The position numbers and the translations under genes were made by a program. Under the pieces are notes generated by a model. The model made no database searches. It was not told the DNA's origin and saw nothing but the letters and a program-made list of their open reading frames with translations. A stretch of DNA of 59,313 nt, the filler included, from Candidatus Lindowbacteria bacterium RIFCSPLOWO2_12_FULL_62_27 (lineage in GTDB: Bacteria; Lindowbacteria; 2-12-FULL-62-27): assembly GCA_001784175.1 (NCBI GenBank). It is 4 parts of 4 records of this genome, joined end to end, with 100 filler letters (N's around TTAATTAATTAA, not from the genome) between each part and the next. Parts side by side here need not be neighbours in the genome. Positions count along the whole stretch, not along the records: positions 29,429 to 47,294 come from MFPR01000034.1; 3 more parts are not named here. One strand, given 5' to 3'. Each line of letters starts with the position of its first letter. The stretch's first letter is position 1. Shown here piece by piece: positions 32,401 to 44,400 of this stretch.

Positions 32401-35400
32401 CGGATACGGTGGCGGTGGCGCCGAGCGACACGATCCTGATCGTGTCGTGGTCGTCGGTGACGGGGCTGGAGGAAGCCAACGGCGGCGCGGTGGGGCTGGC
32501 GGGGTATCGCGTGTATCGAAGTCCCGTCATATCCGACACGTCGCTTTGGACAGAGATCGCGCAGGTGGGATCGACCGCGGACGGCTGGCAGGACACGAGC
32601 CCCTTTGTGGGCAAAGTCTACTATTACCGCGTGACCGCCTTCGACGGCGCCTCTCCATATATAAATGAGAGCTTCTACAGCGACTCCATCCCGGGCGACA
32701 GCGCGCCCTACACGTCGCAGACCGATTGGTACGTCAATGACGGTTCGACCGCCGGCGACTCGTACACGTACGCGACGGGTTCGGACATGAGCGGCAATGG
32801 CTCGAAACAGACGCCATTTGCGAGCATCCCGAAGGCGATGTCGGTCGCCACGGCGGGGGACACGATCTGGATCGACGCGGGCCTGTACGATTCGTTTGTC
32901 ACTGTGAACGGCACGGAGACCGTCGGTGTGAACATCGACAAGGACTCGATCACGCTCATCGGCGCGGACTCAAACGCGACGGTGATCGACCCGCCGGGGG
33001 CGGCGGGGACGGCCGGCCTCTACGGAATCTACGCCGACACGCAAGTCGGCCTCACCATCAAAAACCTCGGCGTGACCGGGGCGTACCAAGGGATTCATTT
33101 CTATAATGTGGATCAATCGACCGTGGCCGGCGACAGCGTGTGCTCGAACGGGAACTATGGAATTTATCTTCGTATCAACTCCGACAATAACACCCTGAAC
33201 GGAAACTCAGCCGCTTCGAATTCGAGTTTTGGCATTTATCTCTTGTCATGTTCGAACAACACGGTGACGAACAACACGGCCAGTTCGAATTCGAACTACG
33301 GCATCTATTTGAACGCCGCTTCGAACAACATGCTAACGGGCAACACCGCCAGTTCGAATTCGCCCAACGGCATCTATCTGTATTTCGCTTCGAACAACAC
33401 GCTGAGCGGCAACACGGCCAGTTCGAACGCCTACACCGGCATCTATGTGGACGGAAGTTCCAACAACACCCTGACGAACAACACGGCCGCATCGAACGGG
33501 ACCTACGGCGTCTGGCTGTACGGGGCTTCGACCGACAACCTCTTCGCCCAAAATACGCTGGATTCCAACGGCGCGTATCAAATCTACATCGACGGAAGCG
33601 GCGGGGCGGGCGCGGCCGACACGTTCCTGAAGAACAACATCCGCCCGTCGCCCGACAACCCCGACAGCGGCGTTTACAACAACACGGGCAACACGTTCGA
33701 TTTCACGCGCAACTGGTGGGGGACAACCGATTCGGTCGCAATCGGCCGCATGATGACCGACACCGGCGCTGTCAACCGCATCGTGTACTCGCCGTGGCGG
33801 CTCGGCATCGTCGACACAACCGCTGGCGCGGACACGGTGGCGCCGAACGATCCGGACACGGTTGCGGCGAGCGCGGCGGCGGGCGCGGGGACGGTTCTGG
33901 TGACGTGGAGCGCGGTGACGGCGAATGAGGACGGCGATGCGGGTGCGGCTGGGGTGGCGCAGTATCGCGTGTATCGCGCGGGCGTCGCCGACACGTCATC
34001 GTGGACACAGGTCGGCACGCCCACAGGCACGGGGTTCACGGATTCGGGGATGACGATCGGCGCGACGTATTACTACCGCGTGACCGCCCGGGACGGCGCG
34101 GCGTTTCCGAACGAGTCGTACTACTCCGACTCCGTCGTCAGCGCCACGCCCAGCGGGTGGACCAACGCCGCTGAACCCATGGGCGCCAACGCTGGGGTGT
34201 ATATTATTAGTTCCATCCAGTGGGGCGATTACGACAACGACGGCGACCTAGACCTTGCCGTGTCGGGACAGGATGGCGGCACAAACAATCGACTCATCAT
34301 CTATCGGAACGACGGCGGCGGAAGTTTCACGAACGTGGCCGAGCCGATGGGCGCCAACGCGGGGGTGCGGCAGGGTTCCATCCAGTGGGGCGATTACGAC
34401 AACGACGGCCGTCTAGACCTTGCCGTGTCGGGAAGTGACGGCACAAACTATCGACTCATCATCTATCGGAACGACGGCGGCGGAAGTTTCACGAACGTGG
34501 CCGAGCCGATGGGCGCCAACGCGGGGGTGCGGCAGGGTTCCATCCAGTGGGGCGATTACGACAACGACGGCCGTCTAGACCTTGCCGTGTCGGGAGTTGA
34601 CGGCGGCGCAAACAAGCGCCTCATCATCTATCGGAACGACGGCGGCGGAAGTTTCACGAACGTGGCCGAGCCGATGGGCGCCAACGCCGGGGTGTATTAC
34701 AGTTCCATCCAGTGGGGCGATTACGACAACGACGGCCGTCTAGACCTTGCCGTGTCGGGACAGGATGGCGGCGCAAACTATCGATTCATCATCTATCGGA
34801 ACGGCGGCGGCGGAAGTTTCACGAACGTGTCGGAGCCGATGGGCGCCAACGCGGGGGTGCGGCAGGGTTCCATTCAGTGGGGTGATTACGACAACGACGC
34901 CGACCTCGACCTTGCCGTGTCGGGACTTGACGGCGGCGCAAACAGGCGACTCATCATTTATCGGAACGACGGCGGCGGAAGTTTCACGAACGTGGCCGAG
35001 CCGATGGGCGCCAACGCCGGGGTCCAGGACGGTTCCATTCAGTGGGGCGATTACGACAACGACGGCCGTCTAGACCTTGCCGTGTCGGGAGCAATTGATG
35101 GCGGTACAAACAAGCGACTCATCATATACCGGAACGACGGCGGCGGAAGTTTCACGAACGCGGCCGAGCCGATGGGCGCCAACGCGGGGGTGTACGCGGG
35201 TTCCATCCAGTGGAGCGATTACGACAACGACGGCGACTTGGACCTTGCCGTGTCGGGAAATGACGGCACAAACAAGCGACTCATCATCTATCGAAGCGAT
35301 GCCATCGCCCCGCCCAACGTCCGGCCTAACACGCCGGCGATAAACGCGCCCAAAGGCGCATCGGTCGCGCAGGGCGACACCGTGACGTTCCGCTGGACAA

Positions 35401-38400
35401 AAGTGACAGGCGACACGACGCCCGATACGGGCATGACGTACAACCTGCGCGTGGGGACGGCGAGCGACAAGGCCGACATCTTCGCCGCCGACACGAACAG
35501 CGCCGACTCGGTCGGCAACGCGATTTTGGGCAACGTCCAGAACGACACGTCGGCGGAGTTGGTGCGGTCGTTGACGGTCGGCCAGACATACTACTGGTCG
35601 GTGCAGGCGGTCGATCAGGGGATGATGCGGTCGGCGTGGGCCACGGAGGAGACGTTCACAATCACTCTTGTGCCCAACACAAGCGGCGTGTGGTACGTGA
35701 ACGACACGTCGATTGTCGGAGACTCGTGGACAACCGCCATCGGCTACGACACGGCGGCGGGCAACGGCACGGCGTCGAATCCCTACCGCACGATCACCTA
35801 TGCGCTCTCGCAGGCCCTGTCCGGCGACACGATCTACATCGACGCCGGGCTCTACGCCGAGACCGTCGTCATCGACACGGACAACATCGCGCTGATCGGC
35901 AAGGATTCGACCGCGACGGTGATCGATCCGCCGGGATCGGACACGGGGATTTACGCGTCCGGAAAGTCGTATCTGCTGATCCGGTCAATCGGCGTCACAG
36001 GCGCCTATGATGGAATCGTGTTTAACAACGTCGATTATTCGCGGCTCGATGCCGACAGCGCAGGCGGCAACTCCAACTACGGAGTTGTCCTGCGCAACGG
36101 ATCTGACACAAACACGATTGTAAACGGTATCTTCAATTCCAACGCGAGCCGGGGGGTCGTTCTCTGGGCGAGTTACAACGACACCGTGCAGACGTGTGTC
36201 GCCGCGTCAAACAGCGGCGTCGGCATCGGGGTCTTCTCGAGCGGCGGCGGCCATACGTTCACGGGCAACACGACGAATTCCAACACCACCGCGGGCATTC
36301 AGATCGGAGCGGGTATCGGCGGAAATCTTGTCAAGAACAACACGATAACGACCAGTCCCAACATGGGTATCTACATATTGAACGCGCCGAACAATACGAT
36401 CATCGGAAACATCGTGAAAGGCGCGCAGCCCGGCATTGAGGTCAGCGCCTCGCGCAACACCATCCGGAACAATTTCATCTCGCAGAATTCGAACGGCGCC
36501 GGCGTGTACATCAACGGCATCGCCGACACCAACATCGTGGAGCAAAACGACATCGCCGGAAACGAAACCGGCGTCATGGTCATTTTGCAGGCCCGGAACA
36601 ATGTGATTCAGAAGAACAACATCACGGGCAACACATGGGAACTGATCAACCGCGGAGGACTGGCCCAGACGACCGGGCGCAACTGGTTCGGCTCGGCGGA
36701 CTCGGCGACGATTGCGGCGAAGATATCCGATACCGCGAGCGCGTGGCAGCCGTGGCGTTTGTCCCGGGTCGACACGAGCGCAGGCGCGGATACGACCGCG
36801 CCGGACGCGCCGGACACGGTGGCGGTGACGCCGTCCGACACGTCGCTCATCGTCACATGGCAGGGGGTGTCGGCGCTGGAGGAGCCAAACGGCGGCGCGG
36901 TCGGCCTCTCGGGATACCGCATCTATCGAAGTCCCGTCATATCCGACACATCGCTTTGGACACAGATCGCGCAGGTGGGGTCGACTGCGGACGGCTGGCA
37001 GGACACGAGCCCCTTTGTGGGCAAAGTCTACTATTACCGCGTGACCGCCTTCGACGCCGCCTCTCCATATATAAATGAGAGCTTCTACAGCGACTCCATC
37101 CCGGGCGACAGCGCGCCCTACACGTCGCAGACCGACTGGTACGTCAATGACGGCTCGACCGCCGGCGATTCGTACACGTACGCGACGGGTTCGGACATCA
37201 GCGGCAACGGCTCGAAACAGACGCCGTTTGCGAGCATCCCGAAGGCGATGACCGCCGCGACGGCGGGGGATACGATATGGATCGACGCGGGGTTGTACGA
37301 TTCCTACGTCGTGATCTCCGCGACCGAAACCGCCGGCGTGAACATCGATAAGGATTCGATCACGCTCATCGGCAAGGATTCGGCGTCGACAATCATCGAC
37401 CCGCCGGGGGCGAATTCGACGAGCGGGTTGTACGGCATCTACGCGGACACACAAGTCGGACTTCTGATTAAAAACCTCGGCCTGACGGGGGCGTACGACG
37501 GGATTCATTTCGTCAACGTCGATCAGGTCACGCTCTCCGGCGACAGTTTCAGTTACAATGGCAGGCACGGCGTCATTCTCCTCAACGGCGCTGACACGAA
37601 CAGCGTCACCGGCAATGCCATCGACTCGAACGGCAGTGACGGTCTTGAGCTGTCAGCCGGCGCAGGATGCACAATCAGCGGAAACCAGGTTAATTTCAAC
37701 GGCGCGGCGGGAATTCTTCTGTCCGCCAACGCTTCGAACAACACTGTCAGCAATAACGCCGCGCGCCAGAACGCCACGCACGGCATCCACCTCAATCCCG
37801 CGGATTCCAACACCATCAGCGGCAACACGCTGGAATCGAACCCCACCGGCATCTACCTGCAGACCAGCCACAACAACATGATCTCGAACAATATCGCCGA
37901 CTCGAACACCAACGGCATTTATCTCCATCAAGGCTCCAACCTCAACACCGTCAGCGGCAACTCGGCCAACGCGAACGCCGCCGTCGCCGGCATCATGGTG
38001 GACGGCGGCACGAACGACACCATCATCAACAATACGGCCAATTCGAACTCCCAGGACGGCATCTTCATCAACGCCAGCACGGCCATCACCATCACCGGCA
38101 ACACCGTCCAGTCGAACCTCATCAACGGCATCGACGCGGCCGGAGGGAACACGGGTCTTTTGATCGCCGACAACATTGCCCGGTCGAACACCCAACACGG
38201 GATTTATCTTTCGGCCAGCGCCGACCTGACGGCCCGCAACAACTTCGTGCGGTTCAACGCGCAGGCCGGCATCCTGCTGGAGTTCGCCGAATCGATCGTG
38301 ATTTCCCAGAACGACGTCTCCGGCAACGACACCGGCATCTGGATCACGGGCGACGCGTCGAACAACTTGATCCTGAAAAATAATATTTCGGGCAACACAG

Positions 38401-41400
38401 TCAGCAACCTCTACAATCAGAGCGGTGTCGCCCAGACCCTCGCCCGCAACTGGTGGGGCACGTCGGATGAAGTGACGATTGCGGAGAAGATCGCGGATCC
38501 GTCGGGGAGTGTGTGGCGGCCGTACAGGTTGGAACTTGTAGACACAGCGGCCGGCGCCGACACGGTCGCCCCTGAATCACCGTCAAGCGTAACGCTGGAC
38601 ACGAGCACGCCGGGCCAGATCACGCTCACGTGGGTCAATCCGACGATCAACGAGGATTCGGACCTCGGGACGGTGGGATTCGCCGGCCTCAACATCTTCC
38701 GGTTGGTCAACCAGCCCGATTCGTCCAACTGGTCCGACGGTATCTACGTCGTCCGGCAGACGACGGCGTTGGAGACGACGTGGATAGACACGGACGTGAC
38801 GGGCGGGAACACCTATTATTACCGGCTCACATCGAAGGACACGGCGCCGTTTGTGAACGAGTCGTTCGCCATGGATACATACTGGGCGACGGCGGCCGTC
38901 GCATACAGCGGGCCATCGTGGTATGTAAACGATACGTCGACATCCGGCGACTCGTACACGAGCGCGATCGGGGATGACACGACGGGCGCCGGGTCGGCGG
39001 GCGCGCCGTATGCGACCATCACGAAAGCCCTTCTGATGGCCAAGTCCGGCGACACGATTTATGTCGACCCCGGCGCGTACACCGCGCCGGTCGTGATCGA
39101 CACCGACAACCTCACGCTCGTCGGCGCGGACAATTCGCTTGCGGTCATCGACGTGGGCGCGAGCGGTGACGGCATTTCCGCCACGGGACGCACGGGGCTT
39201 TCGATCCAGAACATCGGCGTCGTCAACGCCTTGAACGGCGTCCTGTTCAACCAGGTCACGAACTCGACCATATCCACCGCCTACATCTTCGGATGCTCGA
39301 CGAACGGCATCCGCCTTACAAACGGGTCGGACACCAACACCCTCATCGGCAATACCGCGTTCTCGTGCCCGAACGGGATCGATCTGGAGGCGAGCGCCTT
39401 CAACACGCTGACGTACAACAGCGTCTCCACGAACTCGGCCATCAACATTCATCTCCTCGGCGCTTCGAACAACACCCTGAGCAACAACTACGCCGACGGC
39501 GGTTCGGGCGACGGCATCTATCTGGACAGCGGATCGAACAACAACACGCTGGAGACCAACAGCGCCGGCGGCAATACCGGCAGCGGGATTGTGATCGCCG
39601 GCAGTTCTTACAACAACATCTACGGCAACATCGCCGACACGAACGGCGCGCAGGGCGTTTATCTTCAGGCGAATTCGACCGGCAACACTATCAATTCCAA
39701 CTCGGTCGCCGGCAACGCCACAGGCATCTACGCGGCGCCGAATGCGGATTCAAACATCATCGCCGCCAACGCGGCCCTTTCGAACACGTCCTTCGGCATT
39801 TACCTGAGCGGCTGCACCGGCAACACGGTAAGCGGCAATACGGCCGATTACAACACCTCCTATGGGATATGGCTGTCCGCGTGCGCGAACACTGCGTTGA
39901 ACGGCAACGAGGCCGCCTCCAATTCGGACTACGGCATTCTCCTTGGAGGGGGATCGATGAACAACGCGGTGTCCGGAAACGTTTCCATGCTGAACGCCAC
40001 CGTCGGCATCTATCTTGCGGGAAGTTCGAACAACACGATCGTGGATAATGCCATCCGCGCCAACACCACCAACGGCGTCGAGTTCAGCGCGAGTTCCGAC
40101 AACAACATCCTGATGAACAACGGAATCACAGCCAACGGGATGGACGGCGTCGAAATCGGAAACAGCTCGAACAACATCATGGTTCAAAATCTGATCGCGT
40201 CGAACACTCAGTACCAGATATTCTGGTACGGGACATCTTCGGCCAACTTGATTTCGAAGAACAACATCTCCTACGCGCCCGGCAATCCGCCCCTCAGCGC
40301 CTATATCGCCCCGACCGCCGCGCCGGCAGTGATCGACCTGACGCGCAACTGGTGGGGCAGTACGGACACGGCGGAGATTCTGGCGATGACGGTGTACCAG
40401 GGAACCAACGGAGACACGCTCGTGTTCACCCCGTTTCGCATCGGAGTCGTGGACACGACCGCGGGCGCGGACACGGTCGCGCCCGAATCGCCGGAGACGG
40501 TGGCGGCGGACGCGCCGGTGAGCGCGGGATACGTGCGGATCACGTGGAGCGCGGTGACGGCGAACGAGGACGGCGACGCGGGCGCGGCCGATGTGAGTTC
40601 CTACCGCATCTACCGGTCGCTCACGGGCGACACGAGCGATTGGGTCGAAGCAATCGGCACGGCCGCCGGGGACAACTTCATCGACACGTCCGTCGCGCTT
40701 GGGACGACTTACTATTACCGCGTTACCGCCGTCGACACCGCGACGACGCCGAACGAGTCGTTTTATTCCGATTCCATCGTCAGCGCGACGCCGCCGATGT
40801 ACGACGGCCCGGCCTGGTTCGTGAATGACACGTCGGCGGCGGGCGACTCGTATACGAGCGCGTCCGGGAGCGACGGAACGGGCGACGGGTCGGCGGGCGC
40901 GCCGTTTCGCACCATCGCGAAAGCGCTTGATATGGCCGCATCCGGCGAGACCATCTACATCGACGCCGGTTACTACACGGAGACGGCGGTCATCGACACG
41001 GACGATATCACGATATCCGGCGTTGACTCCGGCGCGACCGTCATCAGTGCCGGCTCTACCGGCGATCCCGTCATTCACGCGCAGAATTGCGCGAATGTCA
41101 GGATTGAAAAACTCGGCGTTCGGAACGGCTATTCCGGGTTGCGGCTCGACAATGTGAATGGGGCGTATATCGAGGGCGTGGAGGCCAAGGACAATCAGTG
41201 GTTCGGCGTCGCCATAAGCGGCGGAACGAACCACACGCTGGTCTACATCTCCGCGACCGGCACGGAAACCGCCGGCGTCTACATCGACAATACGTCGGGC
41301 GACTCCATACAGAATTGTTACAGCAGTTCGAACGGCACAAACGGCTTTGAACTTTGGAATTCCGTCGGAAGCATGTGGAGCGGCAACACCGCGTCGAACA

Positions 41401-44400
41401 ACTCGGGCGCGGGATTTCAAGTCCGGTCGTGCGCGAGCAATAGCTTCTCAGGCAACACGGCCGATTCGAATGCGTCGAACGGCATGGAACTGGCATCGAG
41501 CACGGCCAATTTGGTGAAAGGCAATCGCATCGCCGGCAATCAGCAGGACGGCGTCTTGTTGGATTCTTCCTCGCTCAACGTATTTTCGCAGAACGATATC
41601 TCCTCAAACGCCGGGTATCAGGTGTACGTCACCGACGGCTCGGAATCGAATTGGTTTGCCAGAAACAACATCTTGCCTGGAGGCACATTCCCCGACAGCG
41701 CCGTGCTGAACACCAGCGGCAACGCGCAGGATTTTCAACGGAACTGGTGGGGCACGACGGATGAGTTCATCATCGAGTTGAGGCTAATCGACACATCCGG
41801 CTCGAATCTCGTCCAATTCTCGCCGTACGGCCTCGGCGTTGTGGATACATCGCTCGCCGGCGACTCGCTCGCGCCCTCGTCGCCGACCGGCGCGTCGGCG
41901 AACGGGGGGACGCCCGGACAGGTAACGGTGACGTGGTCGGATCCGGTTGTCGATGAGTACGGCGGCGGTTTGTCGGACTTGGCCGGGATCAAGATATACC
42001 GTTTGGTGGATTCGTTCGACACGCCGAACTGGGCGAATTTGCCGGTGAAATATGTCGCGGCGGCGGTTGGTTCGTGGGTCGACACGGACGTGATTGCGGG
42101 ACACACCTATCGTTACCGTCTCACGGCCTATGACGGCGCGGCGTTCATCAACGAGTCGTTCTTCAGCGACAGCGTGGGCGCGAGCGCGCTGAACCACGCG
42201 CCGTACATCGCGCCGGCCATAGCGAACCAGATGGACTCCGAGGACACGTCGCCGTGGAGTATCGCCCTGTCGTCATACGCCGGCGACACGGACGGCGACC
42301 CGCTGACGTGGAGCGTGACGGGCGGCGGGACGGTCGTGTCGGCGAGCGTGACCGGCGGGGAAACGCTGGACATCACGCCCACCGCGAACGCGTATGGCGT
42401 CGATAACCTGACGGTTTATTTGACGGACGGACAGGACACGGCATCGCAGGTCGTGTCCGTCACTCTGACATCGGTGAACGACGCGCCCGTTGCCGACGCC
42501 GGGTCGGACACTGCGATCGCGGCCGGCGCCACCGCCTATCTGACGGGTTCGGGATCGAGCGATGTCGAGGGGGCCGTCACTTATCTCTGGACACAGCTTG
42601 CCGGGCCGGCGATGACGCTGTCTCCGGATTCAGTGACGGCCGACGTATCGTTTGTTTCGGACACAGCCTATCTCGGCGATTATATTTTTCAACTGACGGT
42701 GGGCGACGGGATCGACACATCGGCCGACACGGTCGTGATCTCGGCCGGAAACGTGGCGCCGGTTGCCGATGCCGGGTCGGAGACGGTGTCTGTGACGCAC
42801 CCGGACACGGTGAATCTCAACGGCGGCGCCTCGTATGATTCGAACGGCGACACGCTTTACTATCTCTGGACGATCGTCTCGGGTCCGACGTCGCCGGCCA
42901 TCAGCGGCGCGGATTCGGTGGCCGCAAGTTTTGTCGCCGATTCTGTCGGCGTTTACGTCGTCACGCTGGAGGTATTCGACGGCACGGACACCACGACGGA
43001 CACGCTGGATGTGACGGCGTTGAACACCGCGCCGACGGCCAACGCCGGACCGGACACGTCGGTTACGGCCGGCGCCACCGCGCAGATTTTTGGGAGCGCG
43101 TCGAGCGACCCGAACGGCGACATGATCTCGTATTCATGGACGCAGACCGGCGGGCCGTCGGTGGAGTTGTCGGATTCGTTCGCCGCCAATCCGACATTTG
43201 TGCCGGTGATTGCCGCCACATATTATTTTGATCTGGCCGCGAGCGACGGATTTGACAGTGCGACGGATCAGGTGATGGTGACGGTGACTGCGGGCGCGCC
43301 GGCGGTGATGGAGAAGTCTGTCGACACGCACATTCTGGCGGACACGTATGAACAGGCTGTGCTGGCCGTCCATGTGCTGGACGCGAACGGCAACTGCGTC
43401 CCGAGTGAGGCGGTAACATTTGAAGTCACGTATCCGTCGACCGGCAACGACGCCGGGATTTCCCCTGCAGCGGCCTACACAGACGGCTCCGGCATCGCGC
43501 AGACGACGGTGTATTTGTCGTCGGCGACGGCGAGCAGTTTCTACCGCGTCCGGGCGAGCGTGTCGGGATTGACCCAGGACTTCTACGTTTACAACAACAA
43601 ACTTCATTTCGCGGCCCAAGTCTCGGCCGGCAACAATCGGGGATGGAAGATGTGGTCATACAACGGCGTGCCGGCAGCGACGACGGTGGCAGACGCCATC
43701 ACGCCTTATCTGTCCGACGCCGACATCTACGAGTGGCAGGCGGGGACGAATGAAAACACGAGCTTGGCCGGCGCGAGCGGCACGCATTATTACGCGCCGT
43801 CGGTGATCGAACGCGGGCGTGCGTACTGGATCAAGAGCAACGCGGGCGGGACGCTGCGCATCACGCCGGGGTTGACCAGCCCGTCAGAGACGGTGGCTGT
43901 GAGCCTGATCGCAGGCTGGAACCAAGTCGGGACCGGCCAGTTCTTCTTCACCGACTGGGATAAGTCCGTGCGGTTTTTCCGGCCGACCGATTCGGAACAC
44001 CTTGATACGCTGACGCCCCAGCAGGCGGAAGATTCCGGACTCATCCAGAATGCGGCCTACTGGTGGTCGGAGGACGACAGCACGTACTACTGGGGCCCGG
44101 ACACGGCGATGTATCCGCAGGTCCAGATGAAGCCGATGGCGGGATTCTGGCTGCTCGTGAATTCCGCCGTCGAGATGCTGATCATGCCCATCCCGGCCGA
44201 GCCGCAGGACTCGGTGGAGATATTGAATCAGGCGCCTGCATATCGGGCAGACAAGGGGACGAGCTACGCTCGGAGACAAGGGGACAAGGGGCGAACCCTG
44301 TCGGCGTATTACAAACAAAATCACAAAACGGGCGGCGAAAACGACTGGGCGATCCAGCTCATGGCGAGTGGCGGAGGTTCGAGGGACGTCCAGAATTATG

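Noticed and set aside
34158-35293. Diversity-generating retroelement or CRISPR array
   Set aside because: No reverse transcriptase, template repeat or cas genes in the window. The repeats are in-frame protein repeats, and the variation includes indels and is not clearly adenine-restricted.
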